Below, in pieces: positions 38,857 to 51,659 of a stretch of DNA of 64,000 nt. A program made the position numbers and the translations under genes. Every line of letters begins with the position of its first letter. The stretch's first letter is position 1. A model generated the notes under the pieces. The model was not told where the DNA came from and made no database searches. It saw only the letters and a list, made by a program, of their open reading frames with translations. This DNA comes from Podarcis cretensis. Lineage: Eukaryota. Location of the stretch: NCBI GenBank assembly GCA_951804945.1, contig OX638155.1, forward strand, positions 57,722,001 through 57,786,000. Direction: 5' to 3'.

Positions 38857-41800
38857 GACAGTGCAAGTGTTAATTACTTAATAGCAGTAACATATCCCTC
38901 AATAGTCCTGATTTTACTGGGACATCCCAGAATTACAGTAGCCACCCTGACTTCTGACTGGATGTCCCATTTTTGGTGCTGAGCTCTCATGCGAGTCAGC
39001 TGGCTCCTGTGAGAGGAAGTGGGGGGGGGATAGCTGAAGGCTTGTTTTCACCTATATTTTTGTCTTAGCAGGTGTCTGTCTCCAGCTGGAGCAGTTTCAC
39101 ATTGTCATCTGCAGCTACAGCCACTGAGAAGCACATACATGTCTGAGCTGCCAGGTGGGCCCGAGACAGGGGGCTACAGTACAGGGGCTGGGTAGCAGGA
39201 TCATGAACCAGGGCATGCTGCTGCCCATGTTGTTATTTGTTCACCTGGCCAGCAATGACACTGGCTTGCTCAAGGGGAAAGTGTTCAGTCTCCTGGCTAC
39301 CTGGAATTTTCAGCTGATTACCTATGTTGGTCTGCTGATAAGTTGGTGCAGTCACACACTGTTTGTTTGGAAAGGGGACCCGAGGGGGATTAATAGGACA
39401 TGTAAAAGGTTGGTAGAGAGGTGAGGCTGGCTGTGCATGGACTGGTGAGAGACTAGTGGATCCAGTGATGACTTCTGTCTTTGGAATGGGAAGGAAGGAG
39501 ATTCTCATTCATTGCCTCTCCCTGCCTTCTGTCAGTAGATGAACACCATTTTATACAACACAATGAATGTAAGTGGCTAGAAAGAACGGCAGGGCTGTGC
39601 CAAAACTTTTCGAGCACTCTCTTGTTTTTGATGTGCAAGCTGGCAGATCCAAAGAGACGCTTCCTCCCTTTCCTGCTATGAACACATGCTGAAACAGTTC
39701 CAAGTATAATCATGCAGCTAGAGAAGATGCTTTAAAATAGGTATAATGTCCAGGAGACCATTTCACATCAATATGAGATGCGTATTAGCTACACCATTTG
39801 GCCACTATGGCATAAGTGTTTGCTTCATTCAGGAAAGGCAGGCCACAAGAACAATGGCACGTTAGTGGAACCTAAACTAAGAGATGTCCTGTAATTAGCG
39901 CCATCTTGCAATTAATTAATTAATTTAAAAGTATACCCCACCTGATTATTTTAAAAAAAACTCCAAGCAGTTTACAAAGAGAATAAAACAATTACTGGTA
40001 AAAACAGCAACAACCCCATTTAAACATTAAAAAAATTAAAATCGCTAATAAGCTAAAAACAGAATAAAATAGACCTCACTATTCTAAATACCTCTTTTCA
40101 GTTCATTGCATAAAATGCTTCGGTACTTCTCTAATTTCAATGGATATAAAATATTATGTATACAGTAGGCCTGCTATATTTATCCTTTTGTGATTTGAAT
40201 CTCCTGATTATCCACATTCAGTGTTTCCCCTACGTAGCCACATTTGAATGAAACCTTTCATAGAGGTCACCTTTTTTAGTCTAAATTTTCTATTTTGAAA
40301 TAATAACTCCTTTCTTCCCCCCCCCCCACTTCCACACAAGATTGTAGGATCTCTCTCTCTCTCGCCCCCTCCCACCACTTCCCCATATATATCATATTTT
40401 CTGCCGGGGCAATATTGCAAGAGGAGATCTAAATATAAGCTCCTACAACATATTCATCACACCCATGTGCTTAAGTGAGCTTGCTGAAGAAAGCTCTTCT
40501 TTGGTGATCCCTTTTAGGAATGTTTCAGAGCATAAACATACACTGCATTAACAAAACAATATTAGTGAGAGCTCAAACTAGTTTATTGTATTCTGCCATG
40601 CAAAAATAATAAGGGCCATCAATGTCTACAAGCAGTGATGAAGAGAACATACTCCACTGTTATTTGTCTGTAATTGGGGCCAAGCATCACAATGCTTGTG
40701 TAATTGGGACTGCGATCGTAACACTTCAAGGCCTCCACCTGATTCCTCCTTGAACCCATTCTTCTTCTCCTGATACGGCTCGGCTCAGCAGTGCCAGCTC
40801 CCTCTTGTTACGCAGTTGAAAAACTGCGCCCATTAAAAACAGGATATGGTGTGATTTTTTGTTTTGTTTTGCAGCACTGCATGGGAAATCAGTTGCTGTT
40901 CATAACAGCTCTGTGGTTGGTTGATTTAAAGCAGGAGGGTGACTCTGAATTGACAAGCAGACAGTTCGTGAGAGAGGATATTGTATCTTTAAGGCTCTCT
41001 GACTGACTGTGTTTAACCGTGCTACTCAGCAGGCAGTAATTAGGTGGTAGCTTTGCAGAGATGGGTGGTTTTTCTCCCCCTTCCCCATATCCCCCCATAG
41101 ACACACAGATTTCCTGAAATAAAGCACAAAAATGTTCTGGATTTGAACAAATGGATTCCCCCCCACTGCTTTTTCCTCCTTTTTTTTTAAAAAAAAAGTC
41201 AGTGTGGGAGCCAACAGAAAGCAGATCCCCAGAGGCTCCTAAAGTTATCTTCCCATGCAGATAATCTCTAGGGAGCAATGGCTGCTGGAGGAAGAAAGCG
41301 GCGAGAGCCATTAGAGAAGCACATGACACTATAGCTGAAGGTCAAAGTGGTCCCGGAATAAATAAGAGGCAGCTGATACAAAGTGACATGGCTGCCACAT
41401 CTTCTGGCCCAGTTCACAATTTTGATGAGAGAGAGGGGAGTTCAAATGCATAGCAGATGCGATTAATAAATAAAAATGCATAATTATTGTGATGGGGGCA
41501 AACCGGTGCTTTCATAGGATGTTTGTCGTGGCAGGGGGTCGTGGCCGGGTGGGGTGGGAGGGAGAGATGCAGAAGGAGCACGGCCACCTGGGATAAAGGG
41601 GAAGGAAGCTAGAATATGTCCTTGGCAGATCAGCCCCAAATAAATGTTTGTTTTGGGCATTTTATTGCACAGTTGCAAATGGGGTCAGCAAGTAAGCTGG
41701 ATAGTCTACCTTCGGATTCCATGTGTATCTAAAATAGCACACTGTGGGACGGAGAAGACTATTTGCATAATGTAGTATTGAAACAGCAAATGGTGGTCAC

Positions 41801-41967
41801 ATCCTTGAGAATAACGCTGCTTTCAACCTCATATTTTTGGACTAGGCTACATTTGACTTTTGGAACCTGAATGACCTTTCATGCAAGTTTGTGTTTCATA
41901 ATAGAACCATATTCATATGTACATTTTAACTTTTAAAATGCAGTGAAGTGGTTAGAATGTCACACTA

Positions 41968-42333
41968 AAAAAAGGTAAAGGACCCCTGACCATTAAGTCC
42001 AGTCGCAAATGACTCTGGGGTTGTGGCACTCATCTCGCTTTACTGGCCGAAGGAGCTGACGTTTGTCCGCAGGCAGTTTTTCCAGGTCACGTGTCCAGCA
42101 TGACTGAGCTGCATCTGGCGAAACCAGAACAGTGCACGGAAATGCCGCTTACCTTCCCGCCGGAGCGATACCTATTTATCTATTGGCACTTTGATGCACT
42201 TTCAAACTGCTAGGTGGGCAGGAGCTGGGACTGAACAATGGGAGCTCACCCCATCACAGGGATTCGAACCACCGACCTTCCAATCGGCAAGCCCAAGGCT
42301 CAGTGGTTTAGACCACAGCGCCCCCCGCGTCCC
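41968..42333 (-). mobile_element. Sauria SINE, intermediate age
   Basis: Full length; 13-bp TSD gaatgtcacacta (41955-41967 / 42336-42348). Confidence 0.93.
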
Positions 42334-42517
42334 TTGAATGTCACACTAGGACCTGAGAAACCAGAGTTCATATCCCCACTTGGCCATTGGTTGACTTTGG
42401 GCCAGTCACTACCTCTCAGCCTAACTTACCTCTCAGGTTTATTGTAGGGAATCGACGAGGAGGGGGAGAACCATGGATACCACCTTTAGCTCCATGGAGA
42501 CAAAGGTGTGATATAAA

Positions 42518-42878
42518 GGTAAAGGTAAAGGTACCCCTGCCCGTACGGGCCAGTCTTGACAGACTCTGGGGTTGTGCGCCCATCTCACTTAAGAGGCCAG
42601 GGGCCAGCGCTGTCCGGAGACACTTCCGGGTCACGTGGCCAGCGTGACATCGCTGCTCTGACGAGCCAGAGCCGCACACGGAAACGCCGTTTACCTTCCC
42701 GCTGGTAAGTGGTCCCTATTTATCTACTTGCACCCGGAGGTGCTTTCGAACTGCTAGGTTGGCAGGCGCTGGGACCGAGCAGCGGGAGCGCACCCCGCCG
42801 CAGGGATTCGAACCGCCGACCTTTCGATCGGCAAGCCCTAGGCGCTGAGGCTTTAACCCACAGCGCCACCTGCGTCCC
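42518..42878 (-). mobile_element. Young full-length Sauria SINE
   Basis: Near-identical reverse complement of 32594-32961; 15-bp TSD aaggtgtgatataaa (42503-42517 / 42883-42897). Confidence 0.96.
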
Positions 42879-43043
42879 TTTTAAGGTGTGATATAAACAC
42901 TGCAAATAAATATCCTTCATTGATGCACTTGGTAAACAATAGTAGAGATATTAACTCCTGTCATTTTAATCTGTGCTGTCTTGACCATTGCTTTCATTGT
43001 CTTTTGTGATACAATTTATTGTGCTGTATTTTTCTGTGTTCTG

Positions 43044-43274
43044 CAGGTCCGGCCCAGCTATGAGGTGAGCTGAGGCCCCCACCTCAGGGGACAGATCTGG
43101 GCTTGAGGGGCACACCGCTCACAGCCTCCTCAACTTTCTCTGCTCTTGGGCTGCCACTGTACTCCATCTGCCACAGGCACACCACAAGGTGTGGGCCTGG
43201 ATCTGCAGGAGGGTAGGAATGGCAAGGGATAGCACATTTTGCCCCAAGCAACAAAATGTCCTGGGCTGGGCCTG
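43044..43274. mobile_element. GC-rich hAT-like MITE
   Basis: TIRs caggtccggcccag / ctgggctgggcctg. Confidence 0.65.
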
Positions 43275-43422
43275 CTACACTGGGCTCCCTTTGGGAGAAT
43301 GGGTGGGGTATAACATATAAATAACTACATATCAAAAACATTAATTCTTGTGAGTTCTGCTAGCTGAAATATCACAGGTACAAATCTTTTAAAACCAGAA
43401 ACCAGTGTCCTTTACTAAGCTT

Positions 43423-43468
43423 TAAAGGTAAAGGGACCCCTGACAATTAAGCCCAGTCGCAAACGACT
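43423..43468 (-). mobile_element. Short 3' fragment of a Sauria SINE
   Basis: taaaggtaaagggacccctgacaattaagcccagtcgcaaacgact. Confidence 0.8.
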
Positions 43469-43553
43469 TAGAGCAGGCTAAATTATTGTTTCTCCTAAAA
43501 GGGTGAATTTGCACAAAATTGGTGCAATTAGCAAGACCTCCCCCCCCTTTCCT

Positions 43554-43696
43554 NNNNNNNNNNNNNNNNNNNNNNNNNNNNNNNNNNNNNNNNNNNNNNN
43601 NNNNNNNNNNNNNNNNNNNNNNNNNNNNNNNNNNNNNNNNNNNNNNNNNNNNNNNNNNNNNNNNNNNNNNNNNNNNNNNNNNNNNNNNNNNNNNNN
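43554..43696. other. Assembly gap (N run)
   Basis: Run of N. Confidence 0.99.
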
Positions 43697-45306
43697 AAAT
43701 AAGTCCTGGTGCTGAATGATCATAGGACCGAATACTGTTCTGCAGTTGAGTGCTTGCATCATCCTCAGTGCATTCCATAACTCTGTCTGACTTTCATTTA
43801 CCTATGTCTTCTGTTGTTTTCAATGTCAACTCGCCCCTGACATGCACACACCATGAGACATCCGTTGGAAGCAGGATATACATATGATTAAGTATTAAAT
43901 TATGAAGTTTGTGTCCCCACCCACCAAAAGTGACACTAAGCCTAATTCACTGTCAGTTAATGCCAGTTGCTTCCCCCCACTAGTACTGTCTACAAAGTTC
44001 CTTTAAACTGTAGCTGCATAGGAGACCATTCACAGAAACTTAATACAGGAAAGAAAGTGATTACATTAAATCAAATAATATGAATAATTCATGGCATCAA
44101 GAAGGATAAAACAACCCACAATGGTTTAGTTTCCGGCACGATGTTTTAAATATTGTTTTTGACAGAGCAGAAGGCAAAACAATAGATGCATATTGAATAC
44201 AGGGTGGGTGGGGCCGTGGGGGACATAAACTGTTTCCAAACAGTTTTCTGCCCTTTCAGGGTTTCTGAGACCTTAACGCAGACTTTAAGGCAATGCCTTT
44301 GTTAGTAGTTACGTTGAACCTTCTCTCAGCAGAAGGCTGACCTATTTATTTGTATTAGAATGGATGCTCTCAAATCTTTGCAATGAATTAGAAAAGCAAT
44401 TATTGCTATGAAAACATAGTCAATCTTTACCTTCTCACCAAGAGAACCGATGTCTTTATGCTGACTTATGGGGAAAAGTCATGAGAAGGAAACACATCTT
44501 CTCTTTGACCTGCCCTACTCCAATCCCCATTGACGCACAGCTGATGGTTTTCATTGAGTGAAATCCAGCATAAAGTTGTGTTTGCTCTTTGCTGATGCCA
44601 AGCTATTTCCCCTTACATAACTTTGTGGTATAGAAATATTTGTTGCAGTAAATATGATTTTTTTAAAATATAAAAATGAAACAAAACATAATGTACTCTG
44701 GCTTTCCTGGAAGAAGCATTATATTCGTAGTTGAGGCTGCTTTCAGATTACTTTGGATGAAGGCAGCCTTGCATCGTCACTGTTCCAGTTGCCTGGCCAG
44801 AGCTAGCATTGCACTGCTTTGACATAGGGGAGAGAAAAGAGAGTTCATTATTCTGTGGCATTCCAGGCTGAAATAATTGTGTACCTGGGGCATCCGTGCC
44901 TGACTTTTACAGCACCTTCCCATGGACAAATTAGGCACTTGCTTGAAGTCAAAAAGAACTCCTGCTGTGAGGTCCCCATGTTCCTCTCACAGGAAAGAAG
45001 AAAACAGAACAATGCATTTCAAAGCCTTTGGCAAAACAATGATTGGATCTAATGCTGTATTTAAAGCTCTGTGTTCAACATATCACATTTACATGCCATA
45101 ATCAAATATAAATAATGCAGGATGTGTGTAGACACATGCACACGTGCTGTGATTAAAAGAGTAAAGACAGCACGTGGAATTGGGCCAAATTATTGGCCAA
45201 ATTAACTCATTACATAAGAACTGAGGAGAAATGGCAAAGGGGAAAAAGTTCAAGTTAGCTGGAATTAATTTATTAAGTAGTCATTCATTGAATATTGCAA
45301 AGACAA

Positions 45307-45593
45307 ATAGAATCATAGAATCATAGAGTTGGAAGAGACCACAAGGGCCATCGAGTCCAACCCCCTGCCAAGCAGGAAACACCATCAGAGCACTCCTGAC
45401 ATATGGTTGTCAAGCCTCTGCTTAAAGACCTCCAAAGAAGGAGACTCCACCACACTCCTTGGCAGCAAATTCCACTGTCGAACAGCTCTTACTGTCAGGA
45501 AGTTCTTCCTAATGTTTAGGTGGAATCTTCTTTCTTGTAGTTTGGATCCATTGCTCCGTGTCCGCTTCTCTGGAGCAGCAGAAAACAACCTTT
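45307..45593 (-). mobile_element. Young CR1 LINE 3' fragment
   Basis: Reverse complement of the 3' end of the 58042 copy ([21 protein letters not shown]...) with its tail. Confidence 0.96.
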
Positions 45594-48492
45594 AATTTGG
45601 TAGATGAATATAATTAGAGTTATTCAAGTATAAACTTTTGTTATCTTTTTCTATTTATGTGTGTGTGCATGTGTTCATTCTCTCTCTCTCTGTATACTTT
45701 AGCAACTGCAAGATTCTCCTTGTATCTGTTGCATTTGGAAGCAATCTGTTTCGGATCCAGACAGCTCTATCCCAGATAAGCAAATTATTCTGCCACGTTT
45801 TGTTCCAATGTCTTATTGCTCAGGGCCAAATCATGTAGTTATGCATGAGATGGACTTTGGCAAGGCTCCTTTACATTGTTCCTTCTGGTGAATGTCTCTA
45901 TGTAGTAAGCCAGTCAGGTGCACCAGGTTATTTGCCCCTCTCCAAAAGATAGCTGTTTCGTTTACACTAGCCCCAAATCATTAATCTTGTGTGCAATTTT
46001 GCACTTAGCTGCTCAGTGCATCTTTGTGCTGGGGAGCAAAGTTTTTGTTTGTGCTTATGAGTCAGGTGTCCCATTTATTACATTTTCAGAGTCATTCCAC
46101 TTGGCATCTGCCAAGTACACAGTGATGTCCCCTCCATTATCTTGGCTGGAACAAACTTTCCAGCTTCCTTAACAAAACACCTTTCCCAAGATTCTTTTGG
46201 AGAAGCCACATGCTTTAAGTGTTATTTAAATGTATGGTGTGTATGTGACCCATCTCACTACATCTATTGTAGGTAAAATGTCAGTTGTGAAAAAGCTTTT
46301 AATGTGGCTTAAATCCAAATGTACAGTTCGGTTAATTAATTCAGTTGACTTTCTCAGCCACTTAGTCCTGAACAGCTAAGTTATGACAATGATTGTATTT
46401 TGTATTGGGCTTTGTTATGACATGTCCTGGGTTGAAACTTACCTGTCCCTCTGAAAATGTCTCATAGGTATTGGTCTCTAAAATACAACTTTGGGCATGT
46501 TCCATTGTTTCAAAACTCAAAGAATGAATCTAGGCTAGCTTGTGGAAATAGGGCTTTATTCATCTTTAAATTATATCAGAATGTTTCTATATAAGGAATG
46601 CTTTAATGTTTCAAATATTTTTAAATATTTAATGATTTTAATTTCATCTTTTATAGAAAGAAATGTTGTTGCACAAGTTCCTAAAATTGGAAGGGTTTAA
46701 TCATGCTTTGGCTAAATTTAATAGAGTTTAACTTGTAATGTTCTGTTAAAGCGTTATTAATGGAAAAACCTGATGACCCAGTTATTCAGAGAAAGTGGAA
46801 AATCAGAACCCAAGTATCTGGATTTGAATATAAAATGCTGAGATGCATAATACATAGGAGTTAGATATCCATTCTGTTTATATTTCTTGTCAAGAAAGTA
46901 TAGAATTATCCTGCATTAACAAGAGAGCAAAAAACCAGATCGCAATGAAGCAACAGAGCATTTGGTAGATGAATATAAATAACTATTTTCAAAATCCCAT
47001 CTAATTTGGTGGGATTTCTCTCAATATTACCTCCAACCTCTATTATGCCCTCTCCTGAGCATGCTGTCGTTAGTGTAGCAAAGGGCAAGTCCTAGTCTGA
47101 CATTCCAGATTTCCTTTCCCTTTCCAAGAATAAGCTTCCAGTGCCTGATGGTGCTAGTTGGACAACCATGCAGTATCAACATTTGACCCAACGTTGCCAT
47201 TTTGGGCATTACCACAAGGGTGAAGGCACTACCCCCTGAGAATTTGTTTGTAGTCCCCAGCCTGGAGGAATGTTTGCTGCTTGGTAGGAAAGTATGGAAG
47301 GAAGCTTATCAGTTGCAATTTCTGGTGAGAACTTGACATAATGGTGGGCATAAGGCCCCTCTGTGCAACAATGAAGGTGGGAGTTGTTGCACCACCCCAT
47401 ATGAGAGGTGGGGTGAAGACCTTGGATTTTTTAAGATTGAGTGTCTATTGTCTGGAACATGGTGGTGCTTTGCATGTTACTACAGTATTCTATTTTGGGG
47501 GTTGGTATTAAGCTGTTAAATTAGGTTAGCTTATATAGTGTCCACCAAGTGTTTCAACTTTCATCCCATCCTCCCCTGTGTGGGCCCCTTGTCCTTCCCA
47601 AATCTGCTCCACAGGGTCAGGGGAGACCCCCTAGAACAGATTTAGGGGGTGCAGGGGAGGTGGAAGTCCCACTGAGAAAGCAGAAATCCTTCCACTGATG
47701 GAATGCATTACTTTGGAAACAATCCATTGTGATTATTTCTTTATTTCTTTTATTGTTATACTTATTGTTAATTTGATATGCTCTGAGATGCTTTGGACAC
47801 AATTTTGTGGGGCACGTGGCCTGGCATACAAATAAACATGATGACAATGATGAATGTTGCCTCCAAACAGTGCTTAACCTTTTCCTTTAGATATTAAGAG
47901 CAGCCTTTACTATTTTGGGGGAGACACACATTCAAGGATACCTCTGTGACAGATGCTAAGCAGGTCCTTAATGCTCCCAATGCAGCTTTGCCCCCTCCCT
48001 AGAGCATTCTTGGTTACAACCTGTTTCATTTACCTTACAGAGCTCCATGTTTACATAACCTGACATTATAAAAAGTCATTTAATGACTCTATTTCTGTTT
48101 TCCTCTTTCCTTGACCCAAAGAACTGCTGGATGCATACAGACATTTTAATTCTAATATTCCCATGGTGGATCCCTGTGGCCTTGAGAAAACTATTAATCT
48201 TTATTACTTCGTGGTGAGTATTGTGATCTTTTCCAAATGGGCAAGACACCAGAATGAAGGAAGCAGTGGGAGACGGACTTCTCTCAAAAACAATTCTTAA
48301 AAGAAAAGTAATTAGCAACAGGGTGAACAGGAATGAAAGGAGGAAAAGATATCATATGGTAACTGTTTCATAAAGGACATTGGGCAATTTCTGTTGGTCC
48401 AAAATGGCATCTTAAGACAATAAATGCTATCCATATTGGCACAGAAGAAAAATATCACTGTGTTTCAATGTGGCTTTCTCACTAGTAAATAT

Positions 48493-48995
48493 TGTTATGA
48501 GTTTGTGGGGTGCCTGGATTCCCCTTCCAATTCCTGGGTGCCAGACACTGGACTTAGCATGTTAAAATTCAAGCCAGGAACCATCCTGGTAATGGCCTGC
48601 TAAAGATGAATTGCTAGGGAGCCAAAGGAACGGCTTTGTGCCAGAGGGCAAATGGGAGAGGCTCTGACCTCAACTCAGTATTAGTTAGAAAGGCAAGGGC
48701 CTTGGAAGGAGAGGAGCTGTTTTTAGAATTGCAGTTTGCTGGGATGTGAGATGGAGAGAAAAGTGGCAGTCTGTTAAAGGCAGGCAAGCTGGGCAGAGAG
48801 ACAGAGGGCTACAGCTGATTTCTGCTGGCATCCAAGAACCTCTTGGAGTATAATGCTGTGAGCCCTTCCATCACAGGCTCAGGTTGTAAATAAGTGTAAA
48901 TAAACCATAAAGACACCACAGATTCCACTGTGCCTCATTTCTAAAGGAAACACAAACCCCGGACCCCTGGAATCTCGCACTGCTCAGAGATGGTG
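48493..48995 (+). mobile_element. Possible degenerate solo LTR
   Basis: Starts tgttatg; AATAAA at ~48899 followed by U5-like sequence; right end unclear. Confidence 0.45.
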
Positions 48996-50076
48996 GATAA
49001 TTTGAAAGTGCCTACTGATGCCATTCCATAAAGCACAAGTCATTATAATTTCAAATACTACCTTTAGTTGTTTATAGTTGCAGGCTCTGTAACTGGAAGG
49101 AGTCAGGGAGAAGGCAAATACAAAAGGACTATCCCCTAAAAGTGTTATCTGATGTAAAGTTTGTACAGTGCTTGGTCATTTGCTATGCTCTGAAGAACTG
49201 ACCTCCTCTGTAAAGTATTCCATGAAAATAATGTATTCACTTGAATCGTGCTGCAGTTTTACATAATTACATAATCTCTCCCTGTGTAGCTATATTTAAT
49301 AGTTTTACTATTTTTCTAGCTGGGAGAGGATGAGGCACCACTGAGGAAGAGATTAGTAAGTGGCAGGAGATGGGTAAATGAAGATTGAGAAACTGGGAGA
49401 GAAATGACAGGATGCATTTTTAATAGTATATGACCTAAATGCATCCAGAATAATGCATATAAAACTATACATGTCATAGAGAATGTCCTAAATATTAAGA
49501 ATATGGACAATCTTCATCTGGTTGATGTCCAAAATGGTCAGTGACAAAAGAGCTTTGTTTTGATTCATAGTTTGTGGCATGCATAGCACGCTGCTGAACT
49601 CCAGACCACGCAGAAATGGAGCAGTCCTCAAACAGGAAGGGTTATGGGATTGCGGTGACAGTTAAAAACAAAAGTCACATAAAAAGCACACTTTTAGCAC
49701 TTTAGTCTATGCTACAGTTACTGAATCCCGTTATACCCCTCTCCCTTTCCTGCCAGTCTTTAAGAGGCTTTGTGTGGTAGCCTCATGCTTGCTCCCATCA
49801 TGCAAACACCAAGAATTTGGCTGCAGTATATCAGGCTAATAATTTTGCTTTGTAGATATACAAGAATTTCAATATGCCCATTATCGCCTGTTGTGTGAAG
49901 TACATAATTTCAAACTTGTTTAGCACAATGTTATATAGTGGTTACGTTCATGCAATTAATGAATTCCAGAATTCCACAATGGTCATTTTTCACTCTCGCA
50001 CATCTATTTCTAACTATCAATTTTATTGATGTGGCGTATGGCTTTTTATCATTTCTGCAGTACAGAAGTGAAAAGC

Positions 50077-51045
50077 AACTGAAACCTGGTGGGATGAGAC
50101 TCATGACTGGAATGCAGAAATTGAGGCATACAATCTGCTCAAATGGAGTAGATCAAACAGGAAGGGAGGAGTAGCGGCAATATATATAAAAGATGTGTAC
50201 ACTTGTGAAGAGATCCATGACCTGGAGCATGAAAGGCAGATTGAGAAGATATGAGTAAAAGTTGTGGAAAAGGGAAACAACAATGTCCTTACTGTGGGTG
50301 TACACTATACACTTCCAGCCCAAACTGAAGACTTGGACGATTTCCTGGAGCAGATTTCCAAAAATCAAAAAAGGAGAGTTTTGTAGTCATGGGATACTTC
50401 AACTACCCCAATATCTGTTGGAACACAAACTCTGCCGAGAACGTCAGGTCCAACACATTCCTCAATTGCCTCGTTGACAAGTTCATTTCCCAGAAGGTGG
50501 AAGAAGCAACAAGGGAATCATCTCTCTTGGACCTGGTTCTCACCAACAGGAAGGAACTGATTGATGAAGTGAAAGTACAGGGAGCCTTGGAGGAAGTGAT
50601 TATGTCTTCTTGGGTTTCATTACACACAGGCAAGAGAAAGCTGCGTGTAGTCAGACATGTACTCTGGACTTTAAGAAGGCTGATTTCAAAAAAGTTTAAG
50701 GAACTACTGGGTGAAGTCCCATGGCCAGAAATACTCAAAGAGAAGGGAGTCCAAGATGGATGGGAGTTTCTTAAAGATGAAATATTGAAGGCTCAAAGGC
50801 AGACAATTCCAACAAGAAAGAGTAGATAACAGTTGCAGGGAGAAGGTCAGGTGGGCCAAAGCTCAGAATCAGCTGGTGCTTGCAAGAGAGGTTAAAAACA
50901 ATCATAAAGGTTTACTAAGCTATGTTTGAAGCAAGGGGAAGAGCAAGCAAGTAGTAGGTCTCTTACGTGGAGAAATGCTATTGGGAGATAGAGAGAAGGC
51001 AGAACTGCTCAACACCTACTTTGCCTGTCTTCACCCAAAAGGAAA
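50077..51045 (+). mobile_element. Degenerate CR1 ORF2 N-terminal (APE endonuclease) fragment
   Basis: TETWWDETHDWN, MGYFNYPNICW, EATRESSLLDLVLTN and WEFLKDEILKAQ motifs with frameshifts. Confidence 0.9.
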
Positions 51046-51529
51046 GCCGGATTGCAGAGGCAGCTTACAAATTAAAACGCTGGTGCTACAGTGAAGTCAT
51101 AAATCCAAAAGATCAATAATAGCACGACTTTTCTGGAGCCAATTAACCATCTGTTTAAGAGAGAGGGAGACAGAGAAAGATATAAAAATACTTATTCTCT
51201 GAAAGAGAAGTGGCACAACTATGTTGTAGGTTTTGGAGAAGTAGAATAGCTGACACTCTTGCCAATATGAAATATTGTCTCAGGAAAAGGGAACTGCATC
51301 AAAAGAAAGGAGATGTTATGGGGTCAGCAACCTTTTCGGAACACTGAGCACATTTGGAATTTTAAGAAAGTTCATTGAGTACCAGTCAGAAATTGGCTGA
51401 TAGATGTGTTGCATAACACAAAATAGCTGCTAGATCTCAAAGAGCAGAACAAAGAGACAGGGGCACAAAGTGGTTCAGGCAAGCCCCCCAATCAATGGAG
51501 GGGGAAAGCCTTTTCTCATTGTATCCATA

Positions 51530-51659
51530 CCTGTTGAGGTATGCTAGGCAGAAAGAGTCTGATTGGCCCAAGGTCATCCAGTCATGGCTGAGGAAGGATT
51601 TGAATTTCTGTTTCATCACTCCTAGTCCAACACTCTAAGCATTACACCACACTGACTCT
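51530..51659 (-). mobile_element. tRNA-derived SINE (Squam3-like)
   Basis: ggcccaaggtcatccag...tcctagtccaacactctaagcattacaccacactg. Confidence 0.75.

Larger units (their letters stand above)
41941..42912 (+). mobile_element. Host tRNA-derived SINE (Squam3-like) split by two Sauria SINEs
   Basis: gtggttagaatgtcacacta | ggacctgagaaaccagagttc...gactttgggccagtcac...aaggtgtgatataaa | cactgcaaataaata. Confidence 0.75.

Noticed and set aside
39897-39910. YY1/CTCF-like gcgccatcttg
   Set aside because: An isolated short match next to an L2-like tail with no promoter context.
46443-46450. Minus-strand microexon cag|AGGGACAG|gtaagt
   Set aside because: 8 nt, frameshifting, with a very short pyrimidine tract; likely chance.
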